NCBI GenBank assembly: GCA_043228905.1
Contig: JBHGNT010001249.1
Coordinates: 1 to 10,631 of the forward strand
DNA length: 10,631 nt
Reading direction: 5' to 3'
DNA from: Azolla caroliniana
Lineage: Eukaryota > Plantae > Polypodiophyta
The translations under genes and the position numbers were made by a program. Below the pieces are notes generated by a model that made no database searches, was not told where the DNA came from, and was given only the letters and a program-made list of their open reading frames with translations. Shown here piece by piece: positions 1-8,779 of the stretch. Each line of letters begins with the position of its first letter. Positions within the stretch are counted from its first letter, which is position 1.

Positions 1-1
1 A

Positions 2-993
2 GTTGGAAAAGTAGAGACAGGAGAAACTACCACAATCAACATCACAGATCCACCGGATAAACCTGAACGTCAACCTCACATAACCAAAGATGAATGGAGA
101 GTCGCCATGACTAAGTTAGTCGAAGCAAATGCCGAAGATACTATACGTTCTGTAAGTTTTGATTGGAAGATTTTGAAGACTTCCCGACAATTTTCGGAAG
201 TGAAGCCGGACGCATTTATACCTAGAGAGGTGACCATCGGTCCAAACTATGCATCTCTACAGCCTTGCCTCATTAATAGGATTAAGGCAGTAGCTTTCAA
301 GGAATTTATGACGAAATGTCACATTACAACTATAGAAGGGGCTATAGATGTCGTCGTGTCTGATGAACGGCATAAATTCACCGAGATCTATGATCCCAAA
401 TTCACCCAAACGAGTACTGACATTCAGTGGCTAGAAATTGTGGTCGCTATGGATACTCTCTTCATTGTATACGCCCTTGATACCTTATATCACCTAAACC
501 TTATTAGGAAGCACGTCCTAGATGACTACGGGCTGAACCAAACGGTCATCTTTAAACTACAGAGGGATTTGTTACTGATGGGCAACCAAGTTCCCATGTC
601 ATTTCTTGTGCATTGGAAGTAACTCATGGATATGGAACAGTGTTTTCGATGTATGCTGCCCTAATGGACAAGCTCATTGACACCCAGGAAAATCTCGCAA
701 TCTTGGAGAAGGCCAAGGTCATAGAGAACCACCTGGGCACCGGTCAGATGTTGGTCGGCATGTGGAGAGACATGTACATCAATAAGCGCTACGATCTCCC
801 AACCCAATTAATGGTCGATGATATCGTGGCCGACCATTCCTCCGATTGTCATCGCTGGCGTGTAGAGTTTTATGATAGGTTCTTTTCTCGGCCATGGTAT
901 ACGGTATCAGCCATTGCCGCGCTTCTACTGCTCATAGCTTCAATATTACAGACAGTCTTTACAGTCTTAGCTTATCTCAATCCCAAAACTTGA
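2..993 (+). pseudogene. DUF247/UPF0481-family gene, copy 1; 5'-truncated by the window and frameshifted by an internal deletion
   Basis: Frame is open from base 2 (VGKVETGETTTINIT...WRVAM) and continues through ORF 107-622. That part has DUF247 motifs P..VTIGPNY and RDLLLMGNQVP. ORF 613-993 supplies the C-terminus: Y..LMDKLIDT, VIENHLG, FFSRPW and a hydrophobic helix SAIAALLLLIASILQTVFTVLAYL. Relative to copy 3, 463 nt are missing at 609-613, which shifts the frame (TAA at 620-622). Confidence 0.9.
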
Positions 994-2720
994 CCACACA
1001 CCTTATCATAGAAAGATAAATAGCATATAGAACTTATCATCTAAGGGAAGGATTAAGTAATAGAGATGCATAAAAAGAGGGCTGGTACTACTTGATCTAC
1101 TCCTACAAGAAAGTGGCCATAATAGAAGAAGAAAGAAAAACAACCTTACAGAATCAATGGATGAATCATTAGATCTAGTGCTTTGAAGAGGGATAGAGGC
1201 AAAGCAATAATTCAATACTATTTACGAAATAAAGGAAAGGCGAGAGTCTCGTGAGAGGATACCTTGATTTTGAGGCTTTATGACGTACAAAGTTGATCAC
1301 AATACCAATGGAGAAAGCTCCACTGGAATTGAACCTGCTCCACAATCTTGACTCAACTTTTATTTTCCAAAAAAGAAGCTTTTTTCCCATGAGCTAGGAG
1401 AGAATCTAGACTCCAACTTATTAACAAGGTGTTAGCAATGCATAACTTTCGAACATAATTATTGGAATCATAGTTTATATTAAGGGAGCATTTCAACATT
1501 TCCAAGATGGAAACTATAATTGAATGAAGAAAAGATTTAAATTTCAAAAACCATTACCATTTCGTTTTTTACAAATCCGATTCAAATCTGGCCTACCGCA
1601 GTTTTAACCAACATGTAACACACTACTATTATTTGATGAAAAGCATGCTCCGCACCCAAGCAACCATAACTTATCATTAGATAATCAATGTCAATGTCGT
1701 AATGTAATGTAAGATGATGAGTTATACAAGTACTAGAATTTGGTTTTTGATTAGGTTTTGCGAGGAAAGATGAAGGGATGGAGATGAAGGTTCATCTGCA
1801 TGGAGGAGGGTTCTGGGTAATTTAAAATATTGTTCAAGCCTTCCATAACCTAGAGTCTGTTTGAAGCAACAAAAAAAGTGTGAGTGTCTATTCCTATCTT
1901 TTTTCTGTTTCTTTTACGGCTGTTCTTCTTTGACTGTAAAAGTTCTCCATTTTATCTCAAATTTGAAAATAAAGGTAGCAGAAAGACTCTTCGTTTCTTA
2001 TCCCTCATTCCTTTTTTCATCCCTCCGTAGTTCAGAACCTCTCATAAACAGACACATTCTCTGATTTTTTGAGACACACATATATTTATATATATTTTGG
2101 GCGGTTTCTATCTGGTAAGCCCAAAGAAGCTGAATGAAGAAAGGCAGAAATGTGGCTGTATATGATAAGAACCAAAGAAGAATGAAAGGGGAGAAAGTGT
2201 ATCTGATTCGATGCCTCATATGTACATATTTGACAAAAACAATGAGTTAGGGATGACCAATGATTGGGCAAAATTAAATGAGAATTGGAACAATCTAGAC
2301 CATAGTATATCAGAACATCAAATAATGAACCTTAGTATTATAATGAATCATTCAATCTTGTATACCTTTCTGAGACATAATATTAGCACAATATTTATTT
2401 CTCGTAATTGGTTCAGAGTTTGTGGAGGCGGCCCTCTAGAAATGGTAAATTTGCGATTTCGGTCATCAGTTGGCTACCAAAGAGAAAACAAATATTGAAC
2501 ATTGAAAATAAGTGACCTTATCATTTTTTTATGAAAATTTTCAAAAATTGAAAGTAGCTCAAGAATTAACCTATGAATGATTAGTAACTGTACAAAAATC
2601 TATAACATGGCACAGACTCACGATTTGAGATTGCATCATTAGTCATGGTGGCAACAGAATTTAATGTATATTATGCCACATAACCATAATCTGGGAAGAT
2701 AGAAGATGAATGGAAGACTT

Positions 2721-2825
2721 GTGAGTCAACAATTCATGCTCTTTTCTTCTCAAATTATTCATGTTGGTTTGAGAACCAGTCTTGATTAGATCTCCATTTC
2801 TACGCACATATTGCTGAACATGCAG

Positions 2826-2862
<37 letters not shown>

Positions 2863-2864
2863 AG
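2721..2864 (+). other. Putative first intron of copy 2
   Basis: Donor GTGAGT at 2721, branch-like GCTGAA at ~2813, (CT)15 tract and CAG acceptor ending at 2864. Confidence 0.6.
2831..2860. repeat. (CT)15 microsatellite
   Basis: Directly visible perfect repeat. Confidence 0.97.
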
Positions 2865-3139
2865 AGATATATTGATCTGACAGCATCCCAACTCTAGAGA
2901 GCCGGCATCGGGTTCAAGGCCTGTGAAGGTAACATATCAGTGATCGATCAAGTATGACAAGGGTAAACATCTGCTCCATCTTCCGCGCATTCTAGTGTTT
3001 GACATAATTTCGCACGAAATAATTTCGAAAAGAGGAGAAGAGTTTGTTGTGTATGCTAGGATATTAGGATGATTAATACCTTGGAAGAGATTACACGATC
3101 GTCGAGACGAAAGCCTAGTCCGCACCACCGGTATCTAAG
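2865..3139 (+). pseudogene. DUF247 internal fragment, copy 2 (decayed)
   Basis: Translates as LTASQL*RAGIGFKACEGNISVI/KYDKGKHLLHLPRILVFD...EEFVVYARIL, matching copy 3 PTASELRKVGISFKACEGNLSVIKYNKRTRRIHLPKIAVLG...TAFSMYGVIM. It carries TAG at 2895-2897 and a 4-bp duplication GATCGATC at 2942-2949. The N-terminal coding half is absent. The right end is approximate. Confidence 0.85.
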
Positions 3140-3396
3140 ACAGCAAACAGCCTTTCCGACATGATGTCCTTATTAGGGTAGCTAATCCTCATATTTATGC
3201 CTTTTCCTAGGCCCCTTGAATGGATGTGCCTTTCTTAAAGGCTCTCCATTCGTTGATTGTCCAAATTATGATAGACGATACACTTGTCATTCCTTCTATC
3301 CAATCAGATTAGTCCTCTTTTTGACATTAGTGAATATACCCTTCATTTATGTAAATATTAGTGACCTACCCTGACCTATGTTATGTGTATATAACA
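3140..3396 (-). mobile_element. Possible truncated LTR fragment interrupting gag
   Basis: Gag similarity stops abruptly at ...AAGATTAAG, and the minus strand then begins TGTTATATAC, followed later by a TATA-like CATAAATA. The other end and a TSD are not visible. Confidence 0.3.
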
Positions 3397-3946
3397 CTTA
3401 ATCTTCAAGCTGTAGCTTGTGATCAACATATACCATTGTTCAATCTTATTCAACTCCGCCACGGAGTTGAAGCTTTTGTGTCATCGTATTGGCGGTGAAT
3501 ATCTTCCTTAGATTCTCCAATGTTTCTTTTGGCATTGTGGCTTCTCAAATATAGTCGAGCATGTGATCATGAACACATGTCACCAAGCAATACATTACTG
3601 ACTTGCGGCTTGCTCCTATGTTCAGTAGTCGGCGTCCTTTGGGTGGATTCAATTTTCTTGTACTCCTTTGATGTAGCCCCAATAGCCTTGACCGACAAGG
3701 TGGTGCATCTTGTACTCCCAAGATGCAAAGTTGTTTCTATCCAACTTCTCACTAGGGAGAGCGCTCCCCATTTGAGTATTCATTGTTGATATATATTTCT
3801 TTCTTCATTTCCTTCTCTTTCGAACACAACCTATATAGTGGCACTACGATAGTGGATAGCCGGATTTGTCGTTGGTGTATCGAACACATAGTCACGATGA
3901 AGCAAGTGAGCTTAGTGGATGTGCTAAACCACATGCTTTGATACCA
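3397..3946 (-). mobile_element. gag: Degenerate Ty1/copia LTR-retrotransposon internal region (PBS, leader, 5' part of gag)
   Basis: Minus strand from ATG 3771 reads MGSALPSEKLDRNNFASWEYKMHHLVGQGYWGYIKG...EQAAS/VMYCLVTCVHDHMLDYI*EATMPKETLENLRKIFTANT..KLQLR/ELNKIEQ..MLITSYSLKIK. This fits a copia gag N-terminus (KL...NF..W..KM) followed by a UBN2-type region, with several stops and frameshifts. Confidence 0.88.
3934..3946 (-). promoter_or_regulatory. Primer-binding site (tRNA-iMet) of the copia element
   Basis: Minus strand TGGTATCAAAGCA has one mismatch to canonical TGGTATCAGAGC. It directly follows the LTR terminus ...TTTACA (3947 on +). Confidence 0.88.
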
Positions 3947-4151
3947 TGTAAAGAATCGATGGTATGATTCTGTGTAGCGGAATAGGTTGGAAATGTGTGT
4001 ACAAAAACATGTTATTAATTATCTCCATTACCTCTCCAAGTTCTCACTACATTATGTAGTGATTTCTAGGAGAATTGGGGATGTAAAGAAAGCAAGAAAA
4101 AGAAAGGAACCATAAATAGAGAAGAGATCTAATTTTGGTGAGACTAGTAAT

Positions 4152-4575
4152 TAACAATCGGCAACGATGCGGTTCGGTTTGAGAGGGTCCAAACCGAACT
4201 GTTTAAATGTTTTGAAACCTGAACCAAACTGTTAAACTTTTTCAAACTGCTAAACCATTAAACCGTAAAAACCGCGGTTTCGTGGTTCAGTTTCGGTTTT
4301 TCAACATAGGTCTAATTTATAATTTATAATTTTTTAAAATATATAATATTTCATTATTTAGAATTTTTAAAATTTTTAAGATGTTCCTAAAATGTGAGAA
4401 TAAGGTGTAAAAATGAAAAGATTGTTTAAAAAAAAAAATTTAAATTTTTTAGAAATTTTTTATAATTTAAAAATAAAAATAAAAATCGTTAAACTGTTTA
4501 AACTGCGGTTTTCGACTATTGAAACCGAACCGAACCGTTAATCTACGGTTTAGTTCGGACCGTTGCCGATTGTTA
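4152..4575. mobile_element. Non-autonomous hAT-type DNA transposon (MITE), 424 bp
   Basis: Perfect 15-bp TIRs TAACAATCGGCAACG (4152-4166) and CGTTGCCGATTGTTA (4561-4575). Perfect 8-bp TSD CTAGTAAT (4144-4151 and 4576-4583). Subterminal AAACCG/CGGTTT repeats, an AT-rich core and no ORF. Confidence 0.93.
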
Positions 4576-4807
4576 CTAGTAATCTATGAATTTTGTAGTA
4601 AATTTTAATTAGAGTAAGCCTTCAAAGTAGGTTCAACATGTTGGATACAAGTGTCTACAAGTGTTCTCTATTTATACAACTTTACAAGTATAATACAAAA
4701 AAATTGGTTTTAATTTCAAACAAAGAACTCTTGAGACTAAGTTGTCCATTGTATGTGAATGTCCCTAGTTTCTTTTGCTAAGAGTTTCTACGAGAACTTT
4801 TCAATAA

Positions 4808-4933
4808 ATTCCTATATGTTCCACATAGATGACACATTCTCCACGTGTGATTCCTATATGTCCCACATAGATGACACATTCTCCACGTGTGATTCCTATA
4901 TGTCCCACATAGATGACACATTCTCCACGTGTG
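4808..4933. repeat. Tandem repeat, 3 x 42 bp, each unit containing a G-box
   Basis: Unit ATTCCTATATGT(T/C)CCACATAGATGACACATTCTCCACGTGTG starts at 4808, 4850 and 4892, with a single mismatch among units. Confidence 0.97.
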
Positions 4934-5965
4934 CGTCGTGACCATTGAGTTTATCTCCCTGTGGATTAGACTTCGGGTTTCTTTTTCTGATTCCAAGGGA
5001 GGTAGCCCAATGGTCCCAATACTGACACTATTCTCACTTTTTCTTGTTTGGATTGTTGCCAATGGTTCTCTTGGGAGGAAAAGCCTACAAGAAAGCAATG
5101 GCAAATGTTCTCTTTTTCCTATTTCATCACAGGAGCCTTGTTGTTACACACAAGGCCTTTTCCAAAACGTCCAAAATAAATAATAGAATAAAGTAAAATG
5201 AAGTCTGTAATCAATGAAGAAAAACCACAACCTTAAGGATTTGAGCTTCCTTACTAAATTTTCTTTAGGGTTGCTCTAGAGGTTTTGTAGTAATGAAAAC
5301 ACCGTCTGTAGTATTGAGAATGTGAGCAATAGAAACGCAGCAAAGGGTATATGCTTTTAGCCCTATCCATTCGAATTGCAAGATTGATCTCCTTATTGAA
5401 TATATTGTCACCCCATCTCTTTACCTTCTTCTTCTTTTGTATGTACTAATTCTTCATAGTGTGATTTTAAAATCAAACCATAATTTCTTATTGTAGATCG
5501 CAGTTCCATATTAGGAAGTTGCAAGTAACCTAGCGTTGCATTTTTGGCGCACAAGGAATTTATAATACTATCCTACGAATGGAAAGTCATTGAAAGATTT
5601 TAGATTACCTTCTTAGTATGTTTATCTAGGAATGAGAATTGGTAACTCTATATCTAAATCCATGACTACATGGAGAAAGAGATCATGAAGGCTGATCATG
5701 TGGTTGATATTGTGATTGTCAACATGTCAATGTTCCAAAACTAGTGATCGGGTATGTCCTAAGTGCAATGATCGATGATTGGGGTAAATTAAATGCAGAA
5801 AACAAAATTCTGTTGCACACAAAATGCTGATAGAGAAGAAAAAGAGAAGAAGTGATAAAAGGTCTCCACAAGAGAAAATCAAATTGACGAATGATTATGA
5901 GAGATAGAATCTGAGATAAATAGACAATACCAGGGAAACTGATACATAAACAAAACAAGAGAAGA

Positions 5966-6075
5966 AAAGACAAGACATTGGGATGTATTAGCAAAGAGCA
6001 TAAGATATTGGGATAGAGTGAAAGACAAGACATTGGGATGTATTAGCAAAGAGCATTAGACATTGGGATGGAGTG
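5966..6075. repeat. Tandem repeat, 2 x 55 bp, with an internal AGA(C/T)ATTGGGAT sub-repeat
   Basis: Units 5966-6020 and 6021-6075 differ at 3 positions. The 12-nt core occurs four times. Confidence 0.93.
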
Positions 6076-7300
6076 GCTTCCAGACTACGAGAAGAATCCA
6101 ATGGAAAAAGGTTTCATGAGCAAACGGAAAGGAATGTCCGACCCACAATAGTAGTATGAATTTCGGCCAACGCAAGTCTTTATGGAATTTTGGAAAGGGG
6201 TAGCTCTGAAGGGATGAGGTAGATAGAAGCCTAGAGAGAAAGGTACAAAAGATGACATGATAGAGACATGTTTTGAACAAGGAAATCGGCCTTGTGGAAG
6301 AGGTCATCTACTAGAACTATGGTGTGGAAGGTAAAAATGTAATATCACCTTTCAAATTACGATTATCAAACACCTTAGAGAAACACAAAATGCTTATTAA
6401 CAATACATGATGCCTTAATGTTAGCGGAATTTCAATTGCTAATGGCCTACGATCGTCACAATGACCATGACTGTTTCCTGATTGCATTGGTTAGTTTTCA
6501 TTAACATTGCCAATAAGGTCACTTGCATGTAGTATCAACGAAAATTGGTGTCATTAGTGCTAAATCAAAGCGCATAATATGATGAGTAATGACCAATTTA
6601 CTAGCATTTGCCACAAACTCTCTGTTTCTTTCATGCTCAATTGTTTCTCTCAAATAAATTGATCAATAATAGACACATCCATTTTAAATTCTTTCTCAAA
6701 CTATTCATGTCAGTTTGAGACCTAATTCCGACCAGATTTTACATATGTTGTACGAATGTAATCGCATCACTATGACCCCTGTATTATGTTTCGCAAACAT
6801 ATTGTGATCACTGATGTAATTACTGTCATTAATCACATTTTCATTAACCAACGCGACACATGGTCCAAAGAGAAGGACACAAATCAAGCAAGTTGGGCTG
6901 AAAAGCTCCGCCTCATTGTAAAACAACTTCACCTCTTAAAATCACTTCTCTCATGGGTAAGTTATAATGAATTATAACATAATTGTAATGATAGCACATA
7001 TTGCTCACAAGTCCTCACAATCGATCCAATGTATCAACACCTAAATCCTTCCCCTCTTGATAGATGTAAGGTCCTTTGAGTGAACCTATAGAGCATCTCT
7101 CTGTTTATTCAAGCTATTTGCAAGTCTTCGATTCTGACTTTCATCCTCTCAAATCATTGATTTGTGACACACATAAAGGGTTTTACTATTATCTTTATGT
7201 TATGGAGGTGTCTTTAGAAAGATTCACCATATATCAAATGTTTGGGGTTAAGCCCCATTTGTTTGTGGCACGTTACCGAAGGTGAGCCAAGAAGGTGACA

Positions 7301-7578
7301 TTTGTATACTAATTACCAAGCAAGTATTTCCGCAAATACGATTGTTGCGTATTACTTGCCAGTGCCCATCCTTTTAAGTTGAGCTCTTGCATATAGTTTT
7401 AGATATGCATTGTATGGCTATTATTGGGCACAGGTTTAGGGTTTAGGGTTTGTATACAAATTACCACACAAGTATTTCCGCAAATAAGGTTGTTGCATAT
7501 CACATGCTAGTGCCCGTCCTTTAGAGTTGAGCTCTTGCATAAATTTTTGGATATGCATGTATGGCTATTGTTGGGCAC
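7301..7578. repeat. Diverged ~130-bp direct duplication separated by a telomere-type repeat
   Basis: Units 7301-7431 and 7449-7578 (TTTGTATAC...CAAGTATTTCCGCAAATA...GTTGAGCTCTTGCATA...TGGGCAC). The spacer AGGTTTAGGGTTTAGGGTTT is at 7432-7451. Confidence 0.92.
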
Positions 7579-8663
7579 TCTATCCGGACGTTATAGTTGT
7601 GATGCGGTTAAAGCGTACTTCACTGTCTAATGACAGTCATACAAAACATACTTCATTTTAACTGGGAGAAGACAAGATGATTGCTTATTTAACCAATGTT
7701 GTAGTCAGAAATAGCTTCATAATACAATAATAGTCAAATTATTTATCGTGAGTACAATGTCAGATTGCAAATAGCATATTACACCATGTTTTTATGGGTC
7801 CATAGGTGATGTTGTATTCAATCAATAGGGATTCGCTTGATAAACATACACACATAATTTTACTAGGTTAGATTTCTTAGACTTTTGAGGCAACATGCAA
7901 AATGTCTTAATACATTTATTCTCCGATGATAAGGAAGAGGAAACAGTCATAGAATATATTCTTAGATTAAGTGCTCTGAGTAGGGGTACAAGAAAAGCAA
8001 TAATTCAATACTCTTTAGGAAATAAAGAAAATGCGAGTCTCGTATGCAATGATCACAATACTTACAAGGAAAGCTCATGGGGAATTGAACATTCTCCATA
8101 ATCTACACTAAACTTCTTTCTTGTTTCCAATAAGAGCTAGGTTACCATTAGTTAGGAGTGGATCTAGACTCTACTTATTAACAAGGTGTTAGCAAGTCAT
8201 AACTTTCGAACATGATTATTGATTAGAACTAGGAGCACTCGAGCATTTCCAGAATGGACACTAAAATGAATGAAGAAAACATTCAAATTTCTGAAAAAAT
8301 TACCAAATTACCAAATAGTTTTTAGCAAATCCAATTGAAATATGGATCAGCGCAGTTCCATTCAACATTTGACACACTATTACCACTTGATGGAAAAGCA
8401 TGCTTAGCACCCAAACCTTATCACTCCATAATGAATGTCAATGTGGTAACGTAATGTAAGATTCTTGTCATTAGGATGGCGGCCCTCTAGAAATGGCATT
8501 TGCAATTTTGCTAATGAATTATCTAACAACAACAGTAATGATTGAACATTACAAATAAATAGCCTCACCCATCATGGCGATTACAAGAACTTGAAAGTAA
8601 ATCAAGAAGTGTTCATTCAACATAACTCAAGGTTCACCCCAGGAATGACAGAGCTAGAAAACC

Positions 8664-8670
8664 CTATAAA
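8664..8670 (+). promoter_or_regulatory. Putative TATA box of copy 3
   Basis: CTATAAA lies about 100 nt upstream of the ATG at 8765. The aligned position in copy 2 reads CTATAAC (2600-2606). Confidence 0.5.
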
Positions 8671-8779
8671 GTGGGACATAATCACGGTCTGAGATTACAC
8701 TACTAGCCATTGTTTAAGCATAACATCTGTATGCCACATAACCATACTCTGCAAAGATAGGCGTATGAATCACAAACTC

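Larger units (their letters stand above)
1165..2864 (+). repeat. Duplicated upstream block of DUF247 copy 2 (paralogous to 7960-9089)
   Basis: Colinear identical islands: AAAGCAATAATTCAATACT (1201/7994), ACTTATTAACAAGGTGTTAGCAA (1416/8173), GGCGGCCCTCTAGAAATGG (2427/8478), TATGCCACATAACCATA (2672/8730) and CAGGCAAT(CT)nACAG. About 1716-2398 has no counterpart in the other copy. Confidence 0.9.
3947..5131 (-). mobile_element. LTR-like sequence (5' LTR of the copia element, possibly composite); distal boundary uncertain
   Basis: The left edge is fixed by PBS adjacency (TGT at 3947). There is a minus-strand TATAAATAG at 4668-4676 with tandem repeats upstream of it, which is U3-like. A plausible start, TGTGATGAAATAGG, lies at 5131 on the minus strand. 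No second LTR or TSD is available to confirm it. A second TGTAAAGAA at 4082 may mark another LTR end. Confidence 0.5.

Noticed and set aside
613-993. ORFs 107-622 and 613-993 as two genes or a programmed frameshift
   Set aside because: Alignment to copy 3 shows they are halves of one gene joined by a 463-nt deletion. The start at 613 is an internal TTG Leu codon.
2865-3139. Copy 2 fragment as the relocated piece deleted from copy 1
   Set aside because: It covers only part of the gap, extends beyond the deletion's 3' boundary, and has its own paralogous promoter and intron, so it is a separate decayed copy.
3520-3934. ORFs 3520-3789, 3567-3752 and 3752-3934 as genes
   Set aside because: They are antisense or off-frame readings of the degenerate copia gag and leader.
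4808-4933. CRISPR-like array, or repeat proteins from ORFs 4759-4941 and 4778-5104
   Set aside because: The units are head-to-tail with no spacers, the context is eukaryotic and there are no cas genes. The ORFs stay open only because 42 is a multiple of 3.
4082-5131. Clean solo LTR bounded by TGT...ACA
   Set aside because: The flanks GGGGA and GGAGC do not form a convincing 5-bp TSD, so it is kept only as uncertain LTR-like sequence.
5719-6307. Hydrophobic minus-strand ORFs 5719-6033 and 6056-6307 (also 1006-1215, 1998-2219) as membrane or secreted peptides, such as a DUF247 ligand partner
   Set aside because: Leu/Phe/Ser richness follows from T/C-rich strand composition. There is no paralogous conservation or family motif.
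6957-7063. Intron-like stretch (GTAAGT...pyrimidine tract...TAG) suggesting a hidden gene
   Set aside because: Splicing the upstream ORF gives an immediate ATG TAA, and no frame yields a recognisable protein. It is unsupported without transcripts.
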